NCBI GenBank assembly: GCA_001599295.1
Contig: BCGN01000003.1
Location: forward strand, 930,001-994,000
Reading direction: 5' to 3'
Origin: Sporopachydermia quercuum
Lineage: Eukaryota
DNA: 64,000 nucleotides
The position numbers were made by a program, and so were the translations under genes. Each line of letters starts with the position of its first letter. The stretch's first letter is position 1. Under the pieces are notes generated by a model that ran no database searches, was not told the DNA's origin, and saw nothing but the letters and a program-made list of their open reading frames with translations. Shown here in pieces: positions 45,526 through 59,269 of the stretch.

Positions 45526-47436
45526 ATGGTGACTGATGTATGGACACCTTCGCCTTTAGAGGCCTCACCAGCTCATGAATTTCTACACCCATTTCATCGA
45601 CCAGCCAACCAATGGATTGCTAGATACGTAGTAGTTTCATTTGCCGTTATAATAAGATGTGCAGTGGGTCTTGGTGAGTTCTCTGGTTATGGGATTGAAC
45701 CTATGCATGGGGATTTCGAAGCACAGCGACACTGGATTGAATTGACTTCTCATTTACCCATTTTCAGATGGTATTTCTTTGATCTACAATACTGGGGCTT
45801 AGATTATCCACCATTGACAGCTTTTCACTCTTGGCTGATGGGAAAAGTAGCAACATGTTTTCTATTTCATCATGTCCCCGAGTATAGAGACTGGTTTGCT
45901 TTGGATACTAGTCGAGGCAACGAGAGTGAATCATTAATAACATTTATGAGGACTTCAGTTATTGTTTCTGAGCTCTTCATGTTCATACCAGCAGTAATTT
46001 GGTTTACTAGACAAATCAGCGGTAAATTATATAAACAGTCACCAATAGTTCAAGTTCTTGTAGCTACTGGTATTCTTTTTCTTCCAGGAAACATTCTCAT
46101 TGATCATGGACATTTCCAATACAACTGCGTAATGCTTGGCTTTACGTTGTTATCTATTCTTTATCTCAATGATGGTTCAAAGTATCCTATGGCATGTGTG
46201 TCCTTTGTTGCTGCCATCTGTTTCAAACAAATGGCTTTATATTATGCACCGTTTATATTTGTTTACCTACTCAGTGTGTGCATTTTTCCCGACCATGATG
46301 GTTCTTTGAGGAAAATTCTATCAAACCCAATTGCTACTCTGAAAGGTGTTAAGTTTTTGAGATTACTTTCAATAGCCTTCTCAACTCTTGCTTCGTTTGG
46401 ATTGGTTATTCTTCCTTTTGTTTTCTTTCCAGGCTCCAGTGAAGATGGAAAACCTTTAAAAACTGAATTGATTGTTATTCAATTAAAACAGATTGTATTC
46501 AGAGTGTTCCCTGTTGCAAGAGGTCTCTTTGAGGACAAAGTAGCGAATTTCTGGTGTAACGCTAACCTAATTGTGAAACTACGGACTATTTTTACTACTT
46601 CACAGTTGGGCCTTCTCTCTTTAGCCTTCACACTTGTTTCTATCTTCCCAGCATGCCACATGATGATGTTCCCTGGTTCACATATTGGAAAGCCTGTTGT
46701 ATCGGCTTTATCTGTGATAAACAAATCATCTAGTCTACTAAGAAAAAGAAGTTCCTCAACTAGTTTGGGTGCTGGAAGTTCGAGTAGCACAAATAAATAT
46801 AAAGGAAAAGGAAAAGAGAATAACACTCATGGATTTTCGAAACAGTATCAACTTGAATTCCGTAATAAGATGTTATTACTCTGGGGTCTTATATCCACGT
46901 CACTGGGTTTTTTCCTATTTTCGTTCCAAGTACACGAGAAGTCTATCCTAATTCCTTTGTTACCTATCTCATTGTTGCTAACAGACTTGGATTACTCTGT
47001 TGTTAGTAATTCTATATGGGTAAGTAATATCGCGTCATTTTCTATGTTACCTTTACTTAAGAAGGATAATTTGGTGCTAGAGTACTTTGCAGTAACTATT
47101 TTATGGAACTGGCTACTGGGTAATCTTGAGTTCATTTCAGTGTCAAAAAACGAAGCTGAGAAGTATTACAAAGGGTTGACGTGTATTCCCTTAACGCTGA
47201 ATTGGCCAAACAAATCACTCTGTGTAAAAACATACTTACCTAAAAGCTTGTTTCAGAAGTTGATAATAGTAGGTTCGTATATTGCCATGGCAATTTGGCA
47301 TTATCTGGAGTTTTTTGTGGAAACACCAGCCAGATACCCTGATCTATGGCTGGTTCTCAATTGTGGTATTTCTTTCTGTTGTTTTGCATGGTTTTACTTG
47401 TACAGTCTGTGGAATATGTGGATTCTTTGCAATTAA
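45526..47436 (+). CDS. ALG6: Dolichyl-P-glucose:Man9GlcNAc2-PP-dolichol alpha-1,3-glucosyltransferase
   Basis: GDFEAQRHWIELT, YWGLDYPPLTAFHSW, IDHGHFQYN, FKQMALYYAP, RVFPVARGLFEDKVANFWC and FFLFSFQVHEKSILIP. The first ATG (45526) is preferred over the track's GTG start at 45505. Confidence 0.95.
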   Translation: MVTDVWTPSPLEASPAHEFLHPFHRPANQWIARYVVVSFAVIIRCAVGLGEFSGYGIEPMHGDFEAQRHWIELTSHLPIFRWYFFDLQYWGLDYPPLTAFHSWLMGKVATCFLFHHVPEYRDWFALDTSRGNESESLITFMRTSVIVSELFMFIPAVIWFTRQISGKLYKQSPIVQVLVATGILFLPGNILIDHGHFQYNCVMLGFTLLSILYLNDGSKYPMACVSFVAAICFKQMALYYAPFIFVYLLSVCIFPDHDGSLRKILSNPIATLKGVKFLRLLSIAFSTLASFGLVILPFVFFPGSSEDGKPLKTELIVIQLKQIVFRVFPVARGLFEDKVANFWCNANLIVKLRTIFTTSQLGLLSLAFTLVSIFPACHMMMFPGSHIGKPVVSALSVINKSSSLLRKRSSSTSLGAGSSSSTNKYKGKGKENNTHGFSKQYQLEFRNKMLLLWGLISTSLGFFLFSFQVHEKSILIPLLPISLLLTDLDYSVVSNSIWVSNIASFSMLPLLKKDNLVLEYFAVTILWNWLLGNLEFISVSKNEAEKYYKGLTCIPLTLNWPNKSLCVKTYLPKSLFQKLIIVGSYIAMAIWHYLEFFVETPARYPDLWLVLNCGISFCCFAWFYLYSLWNMWILCN

Positions 47437-47570
47437 ACCTCATCTGCATATTAGTATGGTTATTATGACTAAAAATTTCAAGTATCATTCTTCTTTTAAA
47501 TTTTGTTTCCTCTTTTATAATATTAGCATATCCCTCTCAAACAGCATGTTCGGCAAGATGGGTGTTTTTA

Positions 47571-50211
47571 TTAGCANGTTGGTATCATTAACCCTGGCTT
47601 TAGGTTTCTATTGGAGTCAAATAATCCCCATGATGCCTCCCATTTAGTTTCTTTGGTATCATAAATTGATTTCCATGGTTCATCAAATGCCTCGAACCAA
47701 TACCAACCTAAGGTCTGTTCAAACTGCCCACAAACCCAATCGTTTAATACAAGTTGCATTTCTTCTGTGCCAGCAATAGCACCTAAATATCTTCCACCTT
47801 CTGAAGGCCATCCGATCTCAGACACAGTAAGACTCACATTTTTATTAACTTTTTTCACCATTGGATTCACTTGTTGATCAATATAATCGATACTCCATTG
47901 AGCAGCATCTATAGCTGCCACACCTCCAAAAAATGGATGAAGGTTTATCCCCATAATCTCTACTTCATTAGCCAGTTTCTCATTCCATTCAGATCCTATT
48001 TCTGAGACTGCTATTGGTATGCGCAGATTATTAGTAATTAATACTTTCTTAATTCGATTGATGTATGTGATTAAAATATCAACAGTTACATCATTTCTCA
48101 GTAACATTTCGTTACCAACATAAATAGAATCAACATATTTAATGCTTCCTTTTCTTAGTATTCTTAGTAAGTTTCTGAATTCTATTTCATTTTGTCCTGA
48201 GTCTGGACCAATCCAGATACCAAGTGCTACTGTGAGGTTGATTTGCCGTGTTTTGATTAGATCCAAGATAACTTCTGCTTGAAAACACTTAGTAGAGTAA
48301 AGACGAATTCTAGTAGTGAGTTGCGATAATAATGCTAAGTCTTTCTCAATTTCTCCTATTTTAACGTTACACTTTTGGTCCCTATAATTTTTCTGTTAGA
48401 AGACTCTTTCAGAATAGTCATAGTGCATTGTATTAGATAACAATAATGATAATATAACGCGGTTAACTGAATGGGTATCAAATACATCACACCATTGGGA
48501 GAATAATTTATGCCATAAAAAACTTGGTTTAGCTCCGTATTATTGAGTAATTTGGCTGCTTCTGAGTTCCATTTAGAAGCTGTCCTATTAGTGATTCCAA
48601 CTTTGGGTCTGTAATAATGAGCTTCCTCTTGAGTTGGCGGCAAAGGAGGTAAAGGTTTGGTATTGCGGCTGTCTGTTTTAGTTCTTGTTTTAAAAGATCT
48701 TGTTGATGGAATAGTTAAAAATGTTTTGTTCGCATTTTTGACACTTTCAACTCCGGAATCAGGAGAAAGAACTTCTGTGACAACATGGGTATAAACCTCT
48801 GTGAGAGTGGTATAAACAAGCTCAACGCTTTTATCAGTTGGAACGCCATAACTAGCATCTCTATCATGAACAACAAATATCTCTGGTGTTACAGATCCGT
48901 TATTACCGTCTGTATACTTGCTAAGACTAAAGTTTGTCAACATAGTTAATATTAATTATGGGATGGCCGAACGGCCTCAAACAAGCAAAAATAATATAAT
49001 TGTTGCTGGTAATATACTAACACTAACAATACTACCAAGTTCAACGCTAGGAATATGCAAACAACGGTGATCCCAACCGTAAATCCGAGCACCATGTCAG
49101 GTTGTTTTTTCCATTTTTCCAATAATTTTTTCTTTGGTTTCAAGTACAGGTTTTTTATAAATTCAACAAATCCGTTCCTATGGGGATTGTCATCGCTATC
49201 ATCTTTCTCGGCGTTCTTTTCAGCTGTATTACTACTTATAGAGTCAACACTCCTATTCTTATTACTTTCAGCATTATCATTATTATGAGTCCGATTTCCA
49301 ATTGAAGAGTTAGGGGATCCAACTCGTTGCATTGATGAATCCGTAGGCAAGCATAACGTTGTTGAACCATTGGACATCTGGAATGAGTCATTTAAGAGCA
49401 TAGAAAACGAATCATGGCCTCTTTGATTTGGATAATCAGACATTCGGCTGGCATCAGGCTTTCTTATGACTGCTGCATCAGAAGCTAGTGTAATATGTGA
49501 GGCGTCTTCTTGCGGAAAATCTGAGGATCTATGTCCAGGTACGCTTTTAGTCCTTTGATGTTTTCTGTTATCGATGGCTGTATTCGCTAACTGTGTCTGC
49601 TTTGCAAAGCTACTTTCACGCCCCATAACAACATTCCGAGTGACGTTAACCCGGTTGTCCAAATTTCCGGGTTGGCTATCAGTATTCTGCAACTGTAGAG
49701 TTGGTTCTTTTATCGAAGTCCCACCATAGGAATGTCTTTCAAGGCTGTTGAAACCCCTATCGTTTCTTCCTGTACCCGGTATTTCTGGTATCGATCTTTC
49801 AATAACTCTTCTCCCAGTACTTTTACTAGTACCCGTTACTCCACGAAACTCATTGAGTTTATTATTAGCCAGTACTGACGCCATTTCTGAAAGGCCTAGT
49901 CTATCTGATGACTGTAGTATAACTTGGTCTAAAGGTGAGGGCAATGAGTCTGAATTCACAGCGTCCAAAACATGTTTGCTTCTATTCCTGTTATTGGTTA
50001 ATTCATCAGGTTGAGGTTCTCTACTCTCGTCGTTCTTGCCATCTCTAAGTGGTCGCATTTTCCAGATCCTTTCCTTGGGCGTTGGTCTACTTTCCATCAT
50101 ATATCTGTCTCTTTCTCTGCTTCTGCCTCTTCCAACACTGTTTGAAGGGTTGTCTTTGAAACCGTTCTCAGGTGCGAATTGGAAGTCTGAACCTAATGTA
50201 GGATTGTCCAT
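47571..50211 (-). CDS. Type II membrane-anchored GH17 beta-1,3-glucanase (btgC-like), three exons
   Basis: Three track ORFs join into one gene. Exons are 50211-49022, 48926-48486 and 48381-47571 (~813 aa). Intron 1 is GTTAGT..TTTAG; intron 2 is GTATTT..CTAAC..TATAG. The product has a disordered N-terminus, one TM helix and a linker, then GINYSPNGVMDQKC...DLALLSQLTTRIRLYST...VGNEML...VSEIGWPSEGG...WFEAFDEPWK (both catalytic Glu present). Confidence 0.85.
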
Positions 50212-51739
50212 ATTCAGATCTGGAAAAAAGAGCCATGTTTTGTTGATTCGTCGATCATTGAAGAACGCAAAGTTCAGCAGTTATTTGGAGCAATGATTCA
50301 GATAAGAAGAAAGGAAAAAAGAATGCAGACATGAAGAAGAAAAGTAAAAAGATTGATGGGGTTTGTGAAAGCAAGTCAAGATATAATACAAAGATAAGAT
50401 TGAATGCATGTGATAACGAGATTTTGTCTCACAAAATGTTTTCTTGATGACGTGAAGCAAAATAATAAAGTTAAAGAATAAGATGGAAGGTTTAAGGTTT
50501 AGTTTCAGTTTGGATACGAAGCAATTGGGATTTTCGAGAATAAGCCTTGTTGATGATGGAAATTAGACCGTGGAACGTAAGAAAATAAGTAAGAAAAGGA
50601 ATCAAACACTGCTAGTGAATTATAATTGTCGTAAAACAAAAACTTAGACACCATCTATACTGCTTTCGAGCAGTCGCACTTGAGATCAAGATATTCAACA
50701 TGCATACACAGAATTGGTTTGATAAGATAAGATAGATTAAACCCAGCACAGCGCGCATACATCATATTATTTTAATGTCAGAGCCACTTTTCTCATCAGA
50801 TTGCCACCCCACAAATATTGATATTTGTATAATTCAACCCAATGATATATTGATCACCGTAGAAAGATAGACTTTGGGAACACTATTGTAATAAGCCTAT
50901 GATCTCTGAAAAGCGTATCTAAGTTCACTTAAAGTTTACCTCGGTTAAATTTAAAAGCAAAACTCTAATTAAGGTACCAACCTTAACTTCGTTAGTATGC
51001 GAAGTTTCTTAAAGTTCCAAGAAGTATTCTAAATTCGGAAACAGTGAAAATTAGAAACTCGGGCCTCCGAGCTGACGTTCTGGAGTAGCGATAAGCAGAA
51101 GCAAGTACCCATAGGAGAACCGTGAAGAAAATTAATAAGCAAGAGATCAAGTGATTGACTGATAACTAGTGTGGTGAATCAATCTTTAGCGACTTCAACC
51201 ATTGATAGAAGCTTTCACAGAAAAATATGTCTTTGAAAATGAAATATGATATGAACTGTTAGGTGGATATCATCTGCTCATAGACAAGATTATTTATTGG
51301 ATACCTACAGATCAACCGGAAGTATTTTGAATGTTTCTTATTGGGATTGTATAAATTGAATTCTTTTTCTTAGTGAGTGATGAAATAAGGAGAAAGGATT
51401 ACATATATATACACAAGTGCATTGCAATACAAATTTGTCGGCTCAAACGATTAGTGGGATTATCAAACTCATTGCTGAATGGGTATCTAGAATTTTGCCT
51501 TTATTCTAATTTAAGATAAGTTCATAAATTTCTGCTTGTTTGTACAGGAAGTTGTGTTGTGTCAGGTTTGAGTGAAATAATGACTTTATATGGATCAAAT
51601 ATTTATTAATTTACAATAGCAGCAATAGATAGATAATTTGTTAACAAATACTAGTTAAAATATTGGTCGCAGCCATTGTATCTTTATTGCCCTACTCAAA
51701 GTTCATACTAAGGACCAGATTCCAACATTTCATTCGATA

Positions 51740-54700
51740 ATGGATATTTGTCTCACTCCTCTCGAATCGTTAGATTCAATTCCTATTGCTAAAATAGTAC
51801 TATCGGTAAGACAGCTAATATTATCAAGAGTTGAGATTTCATTAAAATCAGATCAAATCAAATCACCACAGATATACTCGTTCCTGATTAGACCTTTAGT
51901 CAGAGAAATAAAACAGATCAGTTATGTAAACGAAACTACTGGGAACACCCAGGTATCTCAAGGGATACTATATGCCTTGTTTGCTAATATGGATCAGTTC
52001 AGGAAACAAATGATTGCTAATCCTATCTTTTCAAGTATAGCAGAAACGAGGTCTTTAGTATGTGAAGTTTTAGCCATTCGTATGATCAAAGAATTTGAGT
52101 ATGAGCATTTAGTTAATGCACTTACATTTGACTTCTATCCCTTGTCAACAGGTTTGCATAAAGACACCAGATTGGTTCCCAAGTCACAGCGAGTTTCAGC
52201 TTTAGAATTAGCTGTCAAAACTTCAGCCAAAAACTTTATTGCTAACCCTGCAATCATTCACATTCTTCATGAGATTTGGAACGGTAAAATAGTTTTCCAG
52301 TCAAGTTTCGATAAGCTGTTCAGCAATAAACGTGATAACTACAGCAATTCCCACTTATCACAACAATCAAACAGATATGGGGCAACGGGTTCATTATCAT
52401 CTCTCAATACAGAAAACGATCACACTGAAGAAGAGCCGGAGGCTGAAGAAGAGGAAGACGATGATTTAACAAGATTGAAGTATGGTAGCTCAGGTCCTGC
52501 AATATTCTACACAATGGATCATATAAGACTTGGAGATATATCACGATTAAGAGTACCAAAATATCGTCATATCTTGAAGATTCTTGCTCTATTGGCGTTG
52601 CTTATTCTTTATGTCTCCGTTCTTCAAAATAGGTTGAGCGAGTTGGATGTAATGGAAACAGTATTCTGGGTATGGTCATTAGCTTACATACTTGATGAAC
52701 TGACAGTTGTCGCTGATACAGGGTTCTCATTGTATATGATTTCATTATGGAAACTAGTTGATATTATTATTCTGTTTATACTGATAGCATATGGATCAGT
52801 TAGAATTTCCAGCTTGATAGCTCATTCAAGAGGAATGAACAATTTTACAAATGATCCTGCTCATAGTCGTCAAATGAATGAACTAACATTCCTACAAAGA
52901 ACCAGATTTGCTTATGATATCTTGGCTGCTGTTGCTGTTTTCTTATTTCCTCGATTGTTCAGTATATTCCATAACAACAAGTATTTCTCTAGAATGTTAG
53001 TCGCGTTCAAAACAATGTTTAAAGACTTGACAGCTCTAGTATTTGTTGTTCTCATAGTATCATCCGGCTTTTATGTTGCATTTTCTTCATTTGCCAGAGA
53101 TATAATGACATCAAAGGAACTTTCATTCAACATGATGAGAATTTTATTTGGCTATGGTCAAATTGTATGGGACCTATGGGAGAAGTTCTCTCATATTGGT
53201 AGAATTGTATTGATTCTTTACTTCTTTATATCACAGTTTTTGATCCTTACATTGTTGATTTCTGTCTTATCAAACTCATATGGAAGAATTCTCTCAAATG
53301 CTGATGCTGAACATTATTATCTTCAGGCAGTGAATACTATAACAATTATAAAAGTTCAATCAGGCTCATCTTCACCTCTAGCTGGGATTTCTTCTATATA
53401 TTTGGTGCCAATGAATTTAATTGGCTGGCTTTTGAGACCTTGCTATTATATCTTACCGTTGGAAAGGTTTTATGATCTGAACAGGTTAGTTATCACTTTC
53501 ACGCACTTTCCTGTTTTATTACCAATATACATATATGAGATTAGCCAGTTATACGTCATAAAAAGGAACAAGAAGCTGAAAGCCGTAAGGAACTCCACTA
53601 TTGGCTTGGATTTTTTATATTCAAGCTCAGGTTCATCCCCTAGCAAGTTAATGAATAGGAATGGTCAATTGTCTCAATCTCAAGCCAGAAAAAGCTTTTG
53701 TTCGACATCTTCATCAAGAATTCGGGAAATGAGCTATACAACGAAAATTCAAAACCTGAAAAATGAAGCGTTGTTCAAAAATAACTCCTTCACCAATTTG
53801 AAACTTCCACCAGCAAACACTATAAGCTCAATAAGTTCTTCTCGAGTACCTGAGGGTAATTCCATCAGAACCTACAGTTTTTCAACGATCAGTGAAAAAG
53901 CACCTTTGCTAGGTAATAGCAATAAAGATAGGAATAAGATAATAAACAAGGAAAAAGTGAAACCAAATAAGAAGAATAAAAGGAGATTGAAATCGAAGCT
54001 ATCACATGAGGAGTTGCTTGATGAGATGTTTTCTAAGAATCTCAATAACACTGGAAGCTTCCCAAATAACCTGCATAGAAGAGGTAGCTCAAATCAAACC
54101 TTAGGTCATATTTCAAACCAGTTATCTGCTATCAGAGAGATGAACCATGGTATTACTAATTTCAACAGTAATATCGTGAACGGTAATGGTAACAGCACTA
54201 GAAATAAATATAATACAATGATTGAAAGAGGTAGATCTCAATCAACAGTTGCGATGATGCATGAACCTCTTGGATCGTTTTCCAGTACTACTAGAATGAA
54301 TCCTATGTCACATTATCTAGCTAACTCAGGAGAAGGCAACTTGTCTAATGAGGATAATCCACACAAGAAGAGTGCTGTATTCTCTTTAGATCCTTCTTCC
54401 GTATCATCATCTCCATTGAAATCAAGACATAATACTGGTGATGAATCTGGTTCCGGAGAGAGAGTCTATCAATTTCCTAATGGTAGACAAAACAAAGAAT
54501 TAGGATTCAATACCGATGCGAATGGCGCCGATACAGCCAGCATCGGAAGTGATGAATCAGCCGTTCAAGGAGAATCCCATCCGAAATGGATCCACAGATT
54601 ACATGATGACGACGAAGATACAGTAGATACTGCTGACCAAAGGAAATTTAGTAGTACTGTAGTCGATGGACGAAATGACAGTCATATTCTGGATTTGAAT

Positions 54701-54820
54701 TTTGGTAGTTTGCCGAAATTTAGTAAACGGTTCAATTTGAATGATGATGAAGTCAATGATCTGAATGTAAATCAAGATAGAAGCTCAGGCTTAACTCATC
54801 TATTTAGAAAGAATACGTGA
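51740..54820 (+). CDS. Yvc1-related TRP-type non-selective cation channel
   Basis: 1026 aa. The N-terminal helical domain has ETRSLVCEVLAIR...ALTFDFYPL and SALELAVKTSAKNFIANP...IWNG, followed by SRLRVPKYR, about six TM helices ending FLILTLLISVLSNSY, and a long disordered C-tail. Confidence 0.8.
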   Translation: MDICLTPLESLDSIPIAKIVLSVRQLILSRVEISLKSDQIKSPQIYSFLIRPLVREIKQISYVNETTGNTQVSQGILYALFANMDQFRKQMIANPIFSSIAETRSLVCEVLAIRMIKEFEYEHLVNALTFDFYPLSTGLHKDTRLVPKSQRVSALELAVKTSAKNFIANPAIIHILHEIWNGKIVFQSSFDKLFSNKRDNYSNSHLSQQSNRYGATGSLSSLNTENDHTEEEPEAEEEEDDDLTRLKYGSSGPAIFYTMDHIRLGDISRLRVPKYRHILKILALLALLILYVSVLQNRLSELDVMETVFWVWSLAYILDELTVVADTGFSLYMISLWKLVDIIILFILIAYGSVRISSLIAHSRGMNNFTNDPAHSRQMNELTFLQRTRFAYDILAAVAVFLFPRLFSIFHNNKYFSRMLVAFKTMFKDLTALVFVVLIVSSGFYVAFSSFARDIMTSKELSFNMMRILFGYGQIVWDLWEKFSHIGRIVLILYFFISQFLILTLLISVLSNSYGRILSNADAEHYYLQAVNTITIIKVQSGSSSPLAGISSIYLVPMNLIGWLLRPCYYILPLERFYDLNRLVITFTHFPVLLPIYIYEISQLYVIKRNKKLKAVRNSTIGLDFLYSSSGSSPSKLMNRNGQLSQSQARKSFCSTSSSRIREMSYTTKIQNLKNEALFKNNSFTNLKLPPANTISSISSSRVPEGNSIRTYSFSTISEKAPLLGNSNKDRNKIINKEKVKPNKKNKRRLKSKLSHEELLDEMFSKNLNNTGSFPNNLHRRGSSNQTLGHISNQLSAIREMNHGITNFNSNIVNGNGNSTRNKYNTMIERGRSQSTVAMMHEPLGSFSSTTRMNPMSHYLANSGEGNLSNEDNPHKKSAVFSLDPSSVSSSPLKSRHNTGDESGSGERVYQFPNGRQNKELGFNTDANGADTASIGSDESAVQGESHPKWIHRLHDDDEDTVDTADQRKFSSTVVDGRNDSHILDLNFGSLPKFSKRFNLNDDEVNDLNVNQDRSSGLTHLFRKNT

Positions 54821-55088
54821 TGATAGATGAATGTGTATGTATATATAATCTAAACTGTAGATCAGACAGATTTATTTCTAGCACTAAACCTTAGTATAAG
54901 CAATAGCAAGAAGATAGTTGTTCTGTAGTCATACTCAAATTTTACCAGTCTGAATTATAGTATGCTGTAATGCTATTTTACTCTTCTTTATTTATGATCC
55001 AAAGAGTCGATGACAATATATTTGCTTTTATTACGACAGAATACAGAGAGTATGAATGAAAAATTAATAGAAATCAACCCTAATAAAT

Positions 55089-56795
<1,707 letters not shown>

Positions 56796-57589
56796 TTATG
56801 TGATTCTATGGATGAATGATTCAGAAATATTAATATTTCCGTGTGATGCGTTTCCGTTCCCGTTAGATGATGATTTCAATTATCGCCCATGCACGATATT
56901 TGTATGGTTGGAGAAAAGGAAGAAAGAAAGGAAGAAGAAAAAGATGATACTACGTTTCAGTAACATAGGAAAAGGGGAGCATACAAAAGATTACTCCCTG
57001 GCAGGTTACTTTGAAAGGGACCACTTAGGTCTACACAGGGTCTAGAATATGGGTACTAGCTACCTAGGGTACTTTACCAAAGAGACTGAAACATTTTACG
57101 TGTCACGCAGGGGTATAATAGAAAGCATTCCAGATTGTTGATAATCACAGTTTAGGGTCTAGAGAGTCAATAATGTGCAAAAGATTAGAGAGATATCACT
57201 GGAAACCTTTCGGACAAGGGTCTGAGAAATCAACTTTCACTATTGAGTGCAAGCGATAAATTTCGATCCATGAATTAATTGTTAGTCCAAAATTATTCTT
57301 ATTTGAAGATAAGAATAAGAAGATCTAAGATGCTTTATATAGAAAATGAAGATAGGGTTCTACAGCAGGGGATGATTCTCCTCAGTTTGAATCTAGCGGA
57401 GAGTACATCAATAAATGTACTTCCTCAAGTTCTGTGGTCTCTCGTCCTACAAAAGTATCATATAAATAAATAGAAGACTTTTTCTTTCCTTTAAGGGATA
57501 TCTATGTACAATGAAAACAATTGTTTGAAGGAGATTTGCCTCTCATGAACTAGAGTTCATAATATGACAGCTTTCTTGAATGCTATCAA

Positions 57590-58612
57590 CTAATTTCGCT
57601 TAGAGTTACGATTATCAGAAGCAACATCCAACAACAAAGCAGAGTTATCTAACAAAACCTTGTTTGAACTTTTACTTAGAATTTCAGCAATTTCTCTAGC
57701 TGTTTCCAATCTCTTCAGTTCCACATAATCCTTACTCTTCTTAATGGCTTCACCAATCAGTTCAGCAGATCTAGCTTCACCCTGTGCCTTCACGATCATT
57801 CCTTGTTTTTCTTGTCTGGCTCTATCAACAATAAAAGCAGCTCTTTGGGCTTCTTGTTGGGCAATCTGTTTGGCTTCAACAGCTTGAGTGAACTCAGGGG
57901 AGAATGTCATAAATGTCAAAGAGACGTCATCTAATAAAATATTGAACTTTCCCGCTCTTCGGATAAGATTTTCCTTCACCAATTTGGATACTCTTTCTCT
58001 CTGTGTGATCAATTGAGAAGCATTGAATTGTGCGACGACAGACTTCAAAACTTCGTTTACAATACTAGGTAAGACTCTTTCATCATAATCAGTACCTAAT
58101 GTTCTGTAGATAGTAGGTAATGAAGTGATACTGGGCTTTGACAAAACACGACAAGTGATATTCACCATTTGCAAATCCTTCGTTCCTGTCAAAGATGAAA
58201 CATTTCGTGGCTTAGCACGAACGTCATAGATTATTGGTGTTTGGAAAAAAGGAATTGCCACATGTGTACCTTCGTTATAGATTTCAGGCAAAACACCAGA
58301 GAAACGAGAATATACAATAGCTCTATGACCACCATCAACTAGATTTTGGATAATGTTAGTAAAATACGTTGAAATGCTTCATAGAAGGAGAATCCCAAAA
58401 CATCACAATAGCATTACCAAGGCCTCATATGCTAACCAAGTACCTCTAATTTACTTACCATTGAACAAAGAAGCATTAACGGCAGCAGCGGTCAAACCCA
58501 ATAAAAGGATACCAACAGCACCTCCAGCACCCTTATTTGTCTTGGGACTTCCTTGCTTCATTGTTCTGTCTAGCTCGGCTAGAAATTGATCAAAAGGACT
58601 TCTTCTAGACAT
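57590..58612 (-). CDS. PHB2: Prohibitin 2, two exons
   Basis: Exon 1 58612-58459, intron 58458-58339 (GTAAGT..TACTAAC..TAG), exon 2 58338-57590; 300 aa. The join gives SLFNVDGGHRAIVYSRF. Also YDVRAKPRNVSSLTGTKDLQMVNITCRVL and AVEAKQIAQQEAQRAAF. Confidence 0.96.
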
Positions 58613-58865
58613 TGTGCTTCAACTATAATTCCTATCTTATATTGAATGAATACTTGGTGAATAACTTACTTTTCCAAAGTCACAAGTCAACCAAGAATAT
58701 TACTATGATTCCTTCAAATACTCTTATAGCTAACAATGTCGTTTGAAAATAGAAATAGTACTCGCTTCTGCAATATACACATTAGTTGTAGTAGTGTGTT
58801 AATAGCAATTACAGTCTGTTCTATCATCTTCACCACATAAAATTGTACCCTCATTACTTATAACT

Positions 58866-58906
58866 GAAGGCAAAAGCATTGATGTAAGGGTGTTTATATC
58901 ACGTGA
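58866..58906. promoter_or_regulatory. PHB2/NAS6 divergent promoter: Rpn4-like GAAGGCAAAA and Cbf1-type ATCACGTG
   Basis: GAAGGCAAAA at 58866-58875 and GTTTATATCACGTGA at 58892-58906. Confidence 0.5.
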
Positions 58907-59269
58907 TTAAACTGCTAAACATAGAGTCTTACTCTATAAGCTGCTACATACTGCAGAATAGTGCGCGTTCTGCAGATTATAGAACTTTATTTAACCATAG
59001 TCATCAGTGGGAATTCAGAAGAACCACTATTAACCCCATCTTTTCTCCTTCCTTGATGCTAATTCAAGAACAGGCAAAGTAAAAGAGACCTGCAGTTGAT
59101 TTGCGTTAGGTATTATGATAATGAATACGGATAAGTTTTTTGTTAGCAAATCTTCTTCTATAGCAAGAGTTATCACCATCTTCCTGCAACATACTATCAA
59201 CATTCTTTGAGCTAGGGGGCACATAGCACTTAGCAGTTGACGCTTCAAACGAACTGAGCAATTGAGACA

